From positions 1 through 47,454 of the forward strand of contig CAJNYD010000508.1 of assembly GCA_905331295.1 (NCBI GenBank): DNA of 47,454 bases, read 5' to 3'. The notes under the pieces are model-generated. The model saw only the letters and a program-made list of their open reading frames with translations. It did not search any database and was not told the origin of the DNA. How positions within the stretch are numbered: the stretch's first letter is position 1; every line of letters begins with the position of its first letter. Positions 1 to 12,698 of this stretch are shown here, piece by piece. A program made the translations under genes and the position numbers. The DNA comes from Rotaria socialis. Taxonomy: Eukaryota.

Positions 1-94
1 ACATACAGCTATTCAACATAGAATTACCGTTCAATTTTAAGAAATAGCTTTTTGCTATCTCTATGGCAAGATAAGAAAATATATGTAGAAGAAG

Positions 95-138
95 AGTTTT
101 AACTATGTCGCTACTGGGAGTCGGCTGGAAAGGGTTAA
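95..138. mobile_element. Probable terminus of a piggyBac-like DNA transposon/MITE; the other end lies outside the window
   Basis: The sequence ends ...GGCTGGAAAGGG|TTAA (TTAA at 135-138). The reverse complement TTAA|CCCTTT is the typical piggyBac end plus TTAA target site. No partner end is visible and the left boundary is arbitrary. Confidence 0.4.
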
Positions 139-1015
139 TGACATAGTTTTATAGTTTGATATCGAAAGAACAGGCGATTGCTACTCAAAAACAGAAATGA
201 AATTATTTTGTAACTAAACAATGCAAAGGATGAGTATAGCAACGGTGGGGAAAAGAAGTGAATTTCGATTCATTAAAATAGTGTATGCAAATCAACTAAC
301 ATTAGTAAGAAGAATAATGCAGTTCATGAAAGTTATATCATCTTATGATATAATATGGCAAAATTCCACGTTTTCTATTTGACCTTTAAAGTCAGAGTTC
401 AATTGATTTGAGTAATAGAATAAAATAAATTTTTGTTTTAATTATTCTCGAGACGTAGTTCTATGAAGTCTACAATAGAGAATACCTATGTATCCTATTC
501 TAGATCATAGGTTTTCATACTGTCAACTTTTTTAGATTCAGTAAAATTCAACTTGATAATTGAATTGAATAATTGAAGGCCTATACTAATATTGTCCCGC
601 ATGTGTGCTTTAGTAACATATAATCATAGGAGGGATTTGCTTTAAATATATGCTTCGAACTATATCTTAATTTTAGATATGGAAGTATTAAATTCAAATT
701 ACAAATTTTGAGACGACTACATTGCAGTCGAAGTTTCATCTAAATTACTTGACATTAAATCATAGAAGTACTTTAACTGATTCAAGCAACGTGCAGTACT
801 GCCAGTTTTTTTATTTATTTGATAGTCTTTTGTTGTTTTTATGCATTTCTTCTTTAGTCTTCCTTCATTTCTAATATATACATCAGACACAGAATATAAT
901 AAAGTAAATTTATTTAATTGAATCATGATCATTGTATCATTTAAAAAGGAAAATATTGCTTCTTTTATGTATTCACTATTTTGTCTTTCTACTATTTGAA
1001 ATTTTCGAACTAAAC

Positions 1016-1369
1016 ATGTCCGTATCCTGTAATATAAATGGTACGCACTGTGAGAGACGTACATCCACTGCTAAGAATAACACTAATAATACAGTCTTAG
1101 GTCTTATACTTGGTTCTGTAGCATTTCTCATTTTTTCTATATCGATCATCGTAATTGTTTACACGCTATATTGTAAGAGACATTTTCGAAATAGACTACA
1201 ATTTCGAACACGACCAAATCCTACGCTACAAAATCAACAGCTGCCAACGAATATAAATCCTGTTCAACAGCAACAACCTCAATCACAATTAAACCCACAA
1301 ATATCTTCCAGTGAACTACCACCTACGTATCAAGAAGTAAAACTAAACAATAGCGTTAGATTCGAATAA
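1016..1369 (+). CDS. Small single-pass membrane protein (117 aa) with PPxY tail, Shisa-like/WBP1/VOPP1/CYYR1-type architecture
   Basis: First in-frame ATG is at 1016. Short N-terminus with 2 Cys and NxT sequons, TM helix (VLGLILGSVAFLIFSISIIVIVYTLY), juxtamembrane CKR, Q/P-rich tail ending LPPTY. Intronless. Confidence 0.75.
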   Translation: MSVSCNINGTHCERRTSTAKNNTNNTVLGLILGSVAFLIFSISIIVIVYTLYCKRHFRNRLQFRTRPNPTLQNQQLPTNINPVQQQQPQSQLNPQISSSELPPTYQEVKLNNSVRFE

Positions 1370-2114
1370 AAGCACTGAATATGTTTCAATCGATTAGTTC
1401 TTTATATAATTTTAATATTTATCTATTTTTTACGGCACTCTATTATATTCTTTATGGGATTCATATTGTTCTTTTTTTTTAAATTTAGTCATATCCTGCA
1501 TTTGTCTATGTTGACCGATATTAAAATGATACAAACTGGGCATGAAACTAATTTCTATCGGCAACAATCTGGAAGAAAGTCATTCATACAGAATAAAAAC
1601 TAATCGATAGATTATTATGTCCTATATCATATTTATACGCGTGGGAATGCTTTACATCCAAGTGGTTTGAATTGATTCGTCCGTTTTGAAAAGATGAACG
1701 AGCATTTCGATATCACTGTTTAAAGAAGTGTTGTAATTGTAACTAGACAGATGCATTTTATTTCAGTACTTGTAAAAATTTTGTTTTCAGATAATTTTCG
1801 TTAAAGAAATTACAAAGTTTTGATTATCTGAGTTGTCAAGATGCGTATGTGTTTTGTTTAATTTTATATCGAGTAACTTCTTTCGTATTCTCAACCAACA
1901 GTTACATTTCTTCTTAGGTTGTAATCAATTCTTTTGTTTTTGTTTGCTCTTTTCTTTTCTTTCTTTCTAGATTCATTTTTCTTTTCTTAATCATATAGCA
2001 GCTTAGGCTTCAATAAAATACATTTGTACATATCTACGATATTTTAACTGAAATTCAATGATACATTCTTCAAACTCTAGTCTTTCTTTATTTTTCACTA
2101 ATTAAAGATAAATC

Positions 2115-2639
2115 ATGTCGTCATCAGCTTGTTCACAGAATTCAACATGCCGTTCTAATAGTCGTTCGGCATCTAATTCTACTCCGAATATCGGCAGAAT
2201 TGTTGGCGTTGCGATGGCATCTATATTAGCACTTTGTATCTTTATATGTGTTATTGTAATTACTTATTTCGTCTGTTGTAGAAAGAAGCGTCTATTACAA
2301 ATTTGGGCTCAACCTTGGCTACCATCACGTCACAATGGACCACCGATGCCTATGAATCCTTATATATATTATCCACAAAGATATACGCCGCCATTAAAAG
2401 TAGACCAACGAACACTAGTAGAAACGCAACCACCTGCTTATGAAATGCCAAGCACGATTGACAATCGAACTCTAACTCCTATTGAAAATCCACCTGAAAA
2501 TCGAGTTCAAAGTCCAGCCGTACGTCAAACTCAAAGCTCGAGTGCAAATCAAACTCATAGCTCTAGTGAAAAGAGAACTCAAAGTCCAAGTGATAATAGA
2601 ACTCGTAGCACAATGGAAAATCCGACTGAATATACTTGA
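2115..2639 (+). CDS. Single-pass membrane protein (174 aa) with PPxY motif and C-terminal repeats
   Basis: N-terminus with 2 Cys, TM (IVGVAMASILALCIFICVIVITYFV), CCRKKR, P/Y-rich tail with QPPAY, then degenerate ~8-aa repeats. Confidence 0.8.
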   Translation: MSSSACSQNSTCRSNSRSASNSTPNIGRIVGVAMASILALCIFICVIVITYFVCCRKKRLLQIWAQPWLPSRHNGPPMPMNPYIYYPQRYTPPLKVDQRTLVETQPPAYEMPSTIDNRTLTPIENPPENRVQSPAVRQTQSSSANQTHSSSEKRTQSPSDNRTRSTMENPTEYT

Positions 2640-4606
2640 TTATTTGTTGATATTCTGCATGAAAAAAAACATTACAGATAAACAATCTGTGATTTTCTAT
2701 GCGTCATTCAAACGATGAAACTATTGTGAAAAAGCTTAAATTTATTTCGATTATTAATTATTGGAGTAATTAAAAAAACATCAGTAGCTTTTTATAAATT
2801 ACGTTGAATAAATGTTTGTATTATACATATATGGATCGTGAAATAAATAAATAAATAAATAAATATATATATATAGAGATAGATAGATACATGAATTGTA
2901 TTTATTTGTTTTTGCATTGATCATCTGCACAATCACGCGAGAAGTAAAAGTAACAATCATCCTTTTATGAATTCTAGCTTGTTCATTTTCGAATGATCTT
3001 CTATTACAAATCTATACTCTTTTTCTTCTAAAACAAAGATTTTTGCACTAATTTTCTATTATTAAAGTACAATAACTAACCTTTTGTTTTGCTGAAAATG
3101 ACGTTTTTGCAATTTAAACACTCCGTAGACACATTAAGAATCCAAGTTATTCTGTTTAGAATATCAGCTTGCTTTCAGTTTCAGAAAAAAGCATGCCTCA
3201 AAATTTGAAATCCTTTTTTTAAAGTTGTTTTTCAAAGGACAATAGTGTTATTTGATGGAGAGAACTTAGCAGTAGCTCAATTTTGCTCGAAAACATCGAC
3301 ATCATCCGTTGTTTTGAATAATTAAAATACAATGGACTTTGAAGCTATAGTAAATTTAATTATATCCATTCCTCCCTTACAACGTACCCATTGTTTTTTC
3401 CTATTGAATCAATAAATCGTTGCCTGTTCGCTTGTCCTTTTCTTTCTCTATAGCAAACGTATCAAATATTCCTTGTCATGAAATTTTAATAATAAATCGT
3501 CATATTCATCATTACTTTTCTTTTTTGGCTTTTCAAAGGCGTGATTTTTAAAAGATTGTGTAATTTATGTAACACGAAAAACATATAATATCAGCATCAC
3601 TAAGCACTACTTGCAACACACAGTTGCTAATTTTGTATCTAAAAACAACTGATTTGACTGCAATTGGTGGATGATAGATGCATGGGGTTTTTGTACCAGG
3701 AGTCCAATAAACAATAAAATCGATGTTAAATAGTTTTAAGTATGAGTGAACTTTTTCTTTAGATGGAAAATTTAGACAATTACAATTTCTTGGTTGAATT
3801 TGTTTTACTGAATGTATTTCGATTAATAAAATCATTAGTATGCCTACTTTTCTATAAGAAAACAAGATAAAGATAAAATCTAGCGATTTTACAAACTTTG
3901 TCTATAGATCATGATATTTTTTGTTAATAATTATATTGCAACAAAAAAAACAGATCGAATGAAATAAAATTTAATATAGAAAAAAGCACGTAGTCGATGC
4001 TACATAATATGATATTCTATTTCAGCTTTTATTTTTGTAGTACTGTTGACTAACAAATATAGTGAGAAAATTCTAAATGTCAACTAGATATTCGGATTTA
4101 CTAAAGTTATATATTTAAATAGTCTAGATGCTGAATACGGAAGATGCAACACAGAAGAATAAGCGAATAATGACACTTATATACGAGCGGAAAAATGAAT
4201 CAATGGCAATCAAACTCTTTAGGATATTTAAAAATTCACAATATGCTCATGGTTCTCTCAAATATAATTCTGTCTATGATTGATCTGAAATAAAGTCGAA
4301 TGGTGTCTAATTTATCTCAATAGAAGTTTGCAAAGATTTCCTTAAGCATATAAATACATTCTTTTTTGTTGTACCATACGTTGGATTTCTTGCTTTTCGG
4401 CGATGTAAAATAGAAAAGTTTTTTCTTTTTGACGTCTTTTCTTTTTCATTTCTATACTTGAATCCTTTTATAAACAAGTGCATTCTTTCGAATGTTAGAA
4501 TAAACAATATTGAATTCAAAACGTGCCTGTTCTCTCACTAGTAGGAAACAAATTATTTTGAAGCATATTACACATCTTGTCCACTATTGCTTAGCATTAT
4601 TCTAAA

Positions 4607-4951
4607 ATGTCAAGTGTTGGCAGTTTCAGTACTACAGATCTTGTTAGTATTATCGTCGGAGGTGTCTTAGGTCTTGCTACTGTGATCGGTCTTGCTTTTA
4701 CTATTTATTCAATGTGTTGTAAGAAGAATAATCCACCACAAGTAGCACCTCAAAACCATCCACCCTATCAACCATACGGTCCTTACGGTCAACCTATGTA
4801 TAGTGGATATTACCCACCACCCCCGCCGCCAGCCTCATATAATCAACAAGCGCAAATACAGCAACCCATCAATCAACAATCAATGCCCAGTGATAAGCCG
4901 TCAAATTATGCTGCTGCACATCCTGGAAGTAATTCAAATGGAAAAACTTGA
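4607..4951 (+). CDS. Single-pass membrane protein (114 aa) with Pro/Tyr/Gln-rich tail
   Basis: TM (LVSIIVGGVLGLATVIGLAFTIYSM), CCKK, tail PPYQPYGPYGQPMYSGYYPPPPPPASY; AATAAA about 87 nt downstream of the stop. Confidence 0.8.
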   Translation: MSSVGSFSTTDLVSIIVGGVLGLATVIGLAFTIYSMCCKKNNPPQVAPQNHPPYQPYGPYGQPMYSGYYPPPPPPASYNQQAQIQQPINQQSMPSDKPSNYAAAHPGSNSNGKT

Positions 4952-5402
4952 ATACTATGTATTGCTTATGCTATGAACAGAAATCTAAATAGAGATTTTT
5001 TCAAATTATATACATTTTTATACAAGTTTTTTTATTAAATAAACAAACACTTGGACTATACTTTTTTTATTATATCATTTTCAATTTAGAAAAAATAATG
5101 TTGCTTTGTTTTTCAAAATTTTCATAGTAAAATAATGAAAAGATATCATTCCTCGATGAGAAATTTGAGCAAGTCACATAGAAAATTTAATAAAGCATTG
5201 ACGTAAATCTATGCGTGATAGTATATTAAGTTATTTTTTCAAATAAATATTTATCATATAAATTCATTAAAAACATGTTATACAGCTTCCTCTTTTTGTT
5301 GTCCATATGTTTGAAATCATGCTTACGGAATATTGATCTAACGATGATAAAATGTTGAGAAGTAAATTCATGTAACAGACGAATTTTTTAATAGTTGCCA
5401 TC

Positions 5403-8400
5403 ATGTTCCCTGTGTGGAAAATTGTTGTGCTACTTTGTAAGTATGGTGGACTTCGTTTGACTTTAATTGATTGAATTTAAATAGTCATTGTTATCGATGA
5501 TCGAAATTTGATTCTGGCCTATACGGATGATATACTGTCATTTGATCATAAAAGTACGTAGGCTAAAAAAATTAACTTAGACAAAACGACACAGTTTTAA
5601 AGTACACCTAGAAGATAATACTGTTTGTTTGATAATTCATAATAAAACATTTTTTTGTATTTTCGTTGACAAAGATGGAATTTTCAATCCATTCGAATAT
5701 GGTCTACACAAAGAGCAAATTCAACATCCCAAAATATGTTTAAAAGAAGGTCAGTGTAGAAAAATACAATTAAAAAAATTATTCATCATAAAACAAGAAA
5801 TAAAATCTTTAGATAATTTTCATGATTTAAAAGTAGATGCAGTTTGTCGTTCAAATCAACCACGTCACTTTAGTTATAATAAAAATAATTTTGAAAACAT
5901 ATTTGAACACGATAGTCTTCTTGATGCATTCACCTTACAAACGAATTTGATCGACGTACAAAATATTGATACAAATGAAAATATGCATTGGCGACAACAA
6001 ATTGTAAATAGAATATAATTCATTATTAATAAACTTCTTTAAAATTTACAGATTAATTCATTGGATTCACAATTACAAAACATTGTGGATGAACTCAACG
6101 AAAATTCAAATATTAGTGAAAGATTTCAATGGAATTCTCCAGCGACTTCTATCACTATGGAAAAAGTGTCACCAAATAATCTAGCAGGAAAACATCTAAT
6201 TCAAGCAAATGGTGCTGATGTTCGATTTCCACAATTGAATATTAATAAATCTGCTGTAATCAAAGTGAGAAAAACAATTTTTCTTTCTTTCAAATATACA
6301 CTTTTGCTTGTTGTCTATTCAGTTAATTACCTTACCTTATTCATCAGTTGTTTCATTAACGTTACACGACCAATATGGTAAAATAATGCATATTAAAAAT
6401 ACAACAGATCCCTTCGAAATTGTCATACCACGTAAAACTAATACTATAATGCCGCCTATGTTCCGTGAAAACGTTACATTATCACCGAATAATTTAAAAT
6501 TTAAATTTTATTCAGTTAATTTAACACATGACGTTAATTTATCAATTTCACTTCACATTGACATCGAGCCGGAAAACAAAGATCTTTCCTATTTATTTAT
6601 TATTCGTTTTAATGGAGCACCTAATTACGAAGCAAACCTTATTGATGATTGGAAACTCATGTGTCCAAAAGGTTATTTTATAACTATTCAAATTTATGAT
6701 TAAAGCAAAAAGACTATTTTTAAATTTTATTTAGATCGAAAATCTAATACTTCAAAATATACATACTTTATAGATAACACTCGAATTTCACATCATCAAT
6801 GGGCTATTGTTGGTATTCGTGAAATGAAACAATGTAATAAAGATAATCTTAGTGATAGTATTCAGTTTTCCTCGGATTATTCTATTCGTATTTATACATC
6901 CGGCTGTTATTATCTTGATAGTAATAATAATTGGCAATCAGATGGATTGAAAGTAAGAAAAAGGAAAATAACGATCAAGATTTTCATTATTGTAATTAGG
7001 TTGGACCTAAAACAAGTGAAACTTTTACACAATGTTATTCAACACATTTGACAACATATGCTGCAGGCTTTGTTGTACTGCCGGATCCTATTCCTTGGCA
7101 TGCATTAGATTTTAACCCAGCAAACAATGTAACAATTTACGTTACATTAAGCATTTTATTTGTACTATTTATTTTGACGATGATATTTTCATATTATAAA
7201 GATGGTGCGGATGCTAAAATGGTAATTTAAAAAAAAGGAATCATTTTCGTTGTGAACTGATTTAAGTTTTTTCCTGCAGCTCATGGTTGTGCCACTTCGT
7301 GATAACAACCGAAATGATAAATATCTTTATCAATTAGTTGTATTTACTGGAATGAGAGCAAATGCTGGTACGAAATCAAAAGTAAGCAAAGCAAGAAATA
7401 GAATATGATAAAGAATTCATTAAAATATTAGGTCCAATTTATTCTTTCGGGCAGCGAAGAAGAAACTTATGCAAGGAAATTAACTGCTGATAGGCGAACA
7501 CTATGTCGTGGATGTGTTGATTCGTTCATTATGGCTGTTCCAAGGTTTGCTTATCAAAAATATTTTTAATTTGTTTTCATTAGGAATTTATCTACTTTTG
7601 GCTATGAAGATCGCTTGGTCAACTGAATTTTCTACGTATTTGGCATGATAATTCTGGTCAAGGTTCAGATGCATCATGGTTTCTAAAATATATTGTAGTT
7701 CGAGATTTGCAAACGATGGAAACAACTTATTTTATCTGCGAAAAATGGTTAGCAGTTGAAGGAGACTCAGGAGAAGTAAGTTATTTTTAGTAATACTTCA
7801 TTTAGATTTTATCCTATGAAGAAACGATTTAAAGCTCTAGAAGAATAAAAGAAAAATTATTTTTTGAAAATAAGGAAACATTTCATAATAGTATAATCAC
7901 AAAATTCTCAACCGTAATTCAATAGCCTGATAGACACGGTGTTCCCTTGGATTTCTTGCTGCAGGAAACATAGCTTTTTGGTTATGTTTAAAAATTAAAC
8001 TTACTTTATTATAGATTGATGTGACGTTAAATGCAGCAGGTGAACTTGAACAAATAGAATTGAAACATGTTCTGTCAAAAAATGCTTATCGATCAATGGC
8101 TGATAATCATATATGGTTTTCGATTTTTGCTTATCATATACCATCCGCCATTCGTTTTACTCGTATACAACGATGTACTTGCTGTTTTGTAATACTTTCC
8201 ATGAGTATGCTTATGAATCTTATGTTCTATGATGCAAGACAAGCAACATCGACGAATGAAGATAATGAATCCAGTTTATCACTTGGACCATTTCTTATAT
8301 CCAAAGAAGAGGTTGTAACTTGTTTTTACTCTATTTGAACTTCAGAAATCTTTAAAAATAGTGTGAGATATTTTAACAATGCAGACTTAAAATGTACTTC

Positions 8401-11400
8401 TAAGTATACTCAGATTCGTTTCTGAAGTTCAAATATTTGAATATATCATAATCTGTATTGAGCAATATTCGTAAATCAGCTATAAAATGAAGATATATTA
8501 ACCAGCAAATATAGTGCACGATTTCTAAATTTTGTTTTGAGATACAAAGAATACACTAAAGATTACATCATTGATACGATATATTCATACGGGCTCAGTT
8601 AATAGATTTAGTTCAGTAGTGAAAAGTAATTGATATTAATGTATTAACAAACAAAGATAATATAAATGGCATAGAGTTCTCGGGAAAATTTATTAAAAAA
8701 AGTAATTTGTGTAAGGCTCTGCAGGATTGAAGTGTAAAGTATTATATTATTACTTTTTTGAGTTGTACGATGTTTTTACTTGATATATTGTGGGACTTAT
8801 TTCTTGATCATCGTTTTACATAGCTAATCTTCAACAAATACAGTACGTAAGTGATTAAAATATAATTATAATATGATATCAATGTATGTTCTATGATGTT
8901 ATACTTACAGCTTCTATCACGATAATTGCCATCGAGAAGCAAGAGAAAGGAACTTTGCTAAGATAACTGTTCTATACGTAGAATCGAAGATTCAAATTTC
9001 TATTCCTATGCTTCAATATATCTAGCAGTTCATATTTCCTCTAACAATTTCAATAAAACTCATAATAAAAGCAATTCTATCATCTAATATAATCGATTTC
9101 AGTCAACAATATTTTTTTAATAGGAAAAAAACCGTTATCTATTTAGATCAGCATTAGTATTTTTTCGGAACTCATTATATTCTTTCCAAGTTTATTTCTG
9201 GTCACTCTATTTCGCCGATCAAAACCACGACATCCTCGAGTAATATCTCCTGTTGCTGAAGCACTTCAAAATATCCGAGGTAAAGAGTCAAGTACAAAAA
9301 CTGCATCTCATTTGGTTCAAGTAAAAGAAAAAAAATTTTATTTTCCATGGTGGTGTTTAATACTTGCTTATGTTCTTTCATTATTAATGGTTTTGACTTC
9401 GATATTTTTCATACTCGTGCGAAGTGCTCAATATAAAGATAAAAAAATACGTAAATGGATTAGTTCAGTTCCGACCAGCTTTTTCGCTTCTGTACTTCTT
9501 ACTCAACCACTAAAAGTACTTTCACTGGCATTCTTATTTATGTGTCTTTGTCGAAAAAAATCTCAAACTGAAGCTTTTATTGAACATCAAGATCCCGTTG
9601 AAGATTTTACAGTTTCAAGTGAAGATGCACATAAGAAATTTCCAGTAAAAATTAAAAGCAAAATGCTGCTCTTTTACTTTTCATCATTATGAAGTTTTGC
9701 TTTTTTTGCTTTTAGCCAAAATCTCTTCTAGCTAAAATTCATCTCGATCCTTCTCGTGCAAAACGTGAAAAAGCTGCCTTAAAGATATTACGCGAAAATC
9801 GTCTGAAAGAAATGAAATCATGGGCCATTTTACGTGAATTATTTTTTCTTTTATTGTTTCTTGGAGTTCTTTATGCAATCAGCTTTGCTAATCGTGATGT
9901 TGGAAGTGCACATCACATGGTTGATCATTTACGAAAGGAATATTTAGGCTCGGATCTTTCTCGTGGATTCGAACGTTCTAAAAGAGGAAATAAATATGCC
10001 GTGGTGTCTGGAAGTATTCTATCAGTTGTAGATTACTGGAAATGGTTACAAGATGATTTTCCTAATAAATATATACTAACGCGATGGAATGATTATAGTA
10101 CAACAGCAAAAGTATTACAAAAAATGACTAAAACAAATAGAGTCATTGGTTGGCCTACATTAAGACAATTACGCGTTAAGAATGGTATGTAGATATTAAC
10201 TTGGTGCTGATGTAAATATGGAGATATTTTCGAAGTCAAAAGTGGACGCGACGTATTCTATTGAATATGTTTTCTGAGATAGAGACGATAAAGATACATT
10301 GAATCGTATATCGATATCTATTTTTTATCTAGTCTATTTTGAAGGTTTTTGATCGAGATTTTGTAGCAACTAGCGTATCAATTGAGGAGATTATAATCAA
10401 TCTGGAATAAACAGATATACGTCGAAACGGGCAAGTAAACATTCTAGAAAATTAGACAAATCTTAGATTTTCACACTGAATTTTTGGAAAATTATACATT
10501 CGTTACTGAAAATTCATAGCCGTCTTGTTAAGAAATGACTGTGAGAATAGCTAATTTTTTCTTATTTTTATAATAGACAATTTCTCTGAAATCATTTTAG
10601 AAGATACTTTGAGCAAGTCTACGATGAATTATTCGATGCGATTTAAGCTTTTTCTTAACGATGGAATTTATATTAAGAAATCGCTCATAAAATACTCATC
10701 AGTTTTTCTTTTCAAAACTAACATTAACTACTTTTTCATACATACATATATTATCGTTATCTCAGTTTCCATGAATATATGTAGAACTATGTTCATACGT
10801 TACATAAAATGAAATGCTTTTAGACACATGCCCAAGAACTGTGCTACAAGGTCAAATGGACATTGATGATTGTAATCTACCTTATACTTGGTATAATGAA
10901 GCTAAAATTCCATTTGGCTTTAATATCCATGCGAATGATTCACCAAAATTTCTTAAAACTTTTACTTATCAACCAAGTGAAGATTATACATTAGTTTATT
11001 CAACACCCCATGCAACCTACATGCCAGGTGGTTACATTCATGAAATACAAGGAGACTCGAATGATACCATTAGAAATGGATTTCTTTATCTTCAAAATCA
11101 TCGTTGGATTGATCGATATACTCGAGCAGTTTTTCTAACGCTTGCTCTATATAATCCAAATGCTAATTTATTTGTTCATTGTTCATTTATTCTTGAACAA
11201 TTGCCTGATATAAGACAGGTTATTTTTCGAGCATCATTTCAACCATTTAGACTTGTTCAATTATATACAGGAGCCGATCTTATCTATTGTTTTATTTATC
11301 TTATTCTAATTATTTATTATATGGTGAAAGAAATTAAACTTTTAATAAAAAAACGCCAAAGTTATATAAAAGAATTTTGGTCATACATCAATTGGGGCAT

Positions 11401-12698
11401 TATTGTATGCTCATGGGCTGCCGTTGTGATACATATTTTTCGACAAACAGAAATGAAGAAATTATCAAATTCATTGAAAAGTGTTAAAGGACTCAGGCCA
11501 ATAAGTTTAACATTTTTCGCTTACCTTGATACTCTCTTAACTTATCTACTTGGTTTTTGCTGTTTTTTTGGCACTATTAAGATGTGAGTACAAATTTTTA
11601 AGGAGAATTTATAAAAGCTAAAAACGATATGGTGTCCATTGAGCGAAAATAAAAATAGCGAAATGTGTTTTCAGCGAAAAAGAAGCGCGAAAATTATAAC
11701 AGCAAAAAACATTTTCAGCGGATATCTCTTCGCTCAAACTTTTTTCGCTGGTTTACCCCCATACCTCTTTTAAACCATGATACTATTGATATACAGTCTT
11801 GGATAAATTACATATAAATTGTATTTGTCGCCATCTGTGATAGGTATCCTTTAAACAATTTATACTTAAAATTAGAAAAACAAGACAATTTTTAATCTTT
11901 TGATTTTATTAAATCATTTCCAATGGATATTTTCAATACGAGCTTCATTGATTTTCAAATTCTTTGGTCTCAGCATGATTCCTATTTGATAAAATCCTAG
12001 TTATTTTAAATTCATATGTATATATATATATATATATCAAGTATATGTTATTTTAGACTTCGTCTGCTTCGTATTAATCGCCATTTGTCACTATTAACAT
12101 TAACATTAAAAAAGTCTGCTAAACAATTGTTGGGTTTTTTTCTTATATTTGTAGTGATATTTGTTGCTTTCAATTCATTATTTTATTTATTATACCATTC
12201 CTATGTAAGACAATATTCATCATGGTTAGATACAGCGTTAACCTGTTTTCAAATGAGTTCAAGGCACTTATCGACAATACCTGATTTAAAGAAGATCGAT
12301 ACATTCATAGCTGCCGTGTCTTTGTTTTTATTTATTTTACTCGTCGTATTTATGCTCACGACTATGTTTGTATCAATTATAGTTGATAATTTCAACATTG
12401 TACGTCGTGAGCCATTCAATCATGAAAATGAAGTCGAATTAGTTCACTTTACTATTGATAAAATAAGACAATGGCTAAGTAATTAACAATTATTTTGAAT
12501 AAACACGAGCTAACTTTATTTCATTAGGTATGTCTACACGAAAACGAAAAATTCAAACAAAAACAAATCCCGTAACTGAATTTCCGGAGAAAATCGATGA
12601 ACTGATACTTGCCGTTGATAAAGTAAATTGTATTAATAAATTTTTTTTTTAATTTCTGTCTATTTATTTTTTAGTTATACGGCAATACAAAACGCTAA
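5403..12698 (+). CDS. Polycystin-1-like protein (PKD1L/LOV-1 family), ~1459 aa, 17 exons
   Basis: Exons 5403-5436, 5485-5553, 5675-6003, 6052-6264, 6323-6671, 6735-6952, 7000-7221, 7280-7381, 7432-7544, 7610-7775, 8015-8311, 9147-9644, 9716-10184, 10824-11583, 12057-12478, 12528-12622, 12675-12698 splice in frame at GT-AG sites. Signal-like N-terminus; GPS (SGCYY...WQSDGL...CYSTHLTTYA); PLAT (VFTGMRANAGTKSKV, LRIWHDNSG...WFL...CEKWLA); FTRIQRCTCC; GWPTLRQLRV; WIDRYTRAVF...YNPNANLF; FVSIIVDNF. The first two exons are least certain. Confidence 0.92.
8332..8435. mobile_element. 104 bp mini-MITE/hairpin in a polycystin intron
   Basis: Perfect 17 bp inverted repeat TATTTGAACTTCAGAAA (8332-8348) / TTTCTGAAGTTCAAATA (8419-8435), with TA at both ends. 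Confidence 0.6.
11626..11765. repeat. Intronic cluster of AGCGAAA motifs, possible MITE
   Basis: About six AGCGAAA-like motifs in direct orientation, then two inverted (TTCGCT); imperfect ends GATATGGTG...CCCCATACC. Confidence 0.4.

Noticed and set aside
932..1015. N-terminal extension of the first ORF (apparent signal peptide)
   Set aside because: Starts at TTG, not ATG; AT-rich UTR translates as hydrophobic by chance, and the neighbouring genes have no such extension.
717..1064. 115-aa minus-strand ORF
   Set aside because: Antisense to the better-supported membrane-protein gene; no recognisable motifs.
3061..3345. Possible Kolobok-like MITE (TTAAAGTACA...TGGACTTTGAA)
   Set aside because: Inverted match too short and imperfect; no clean TTAA on the right.
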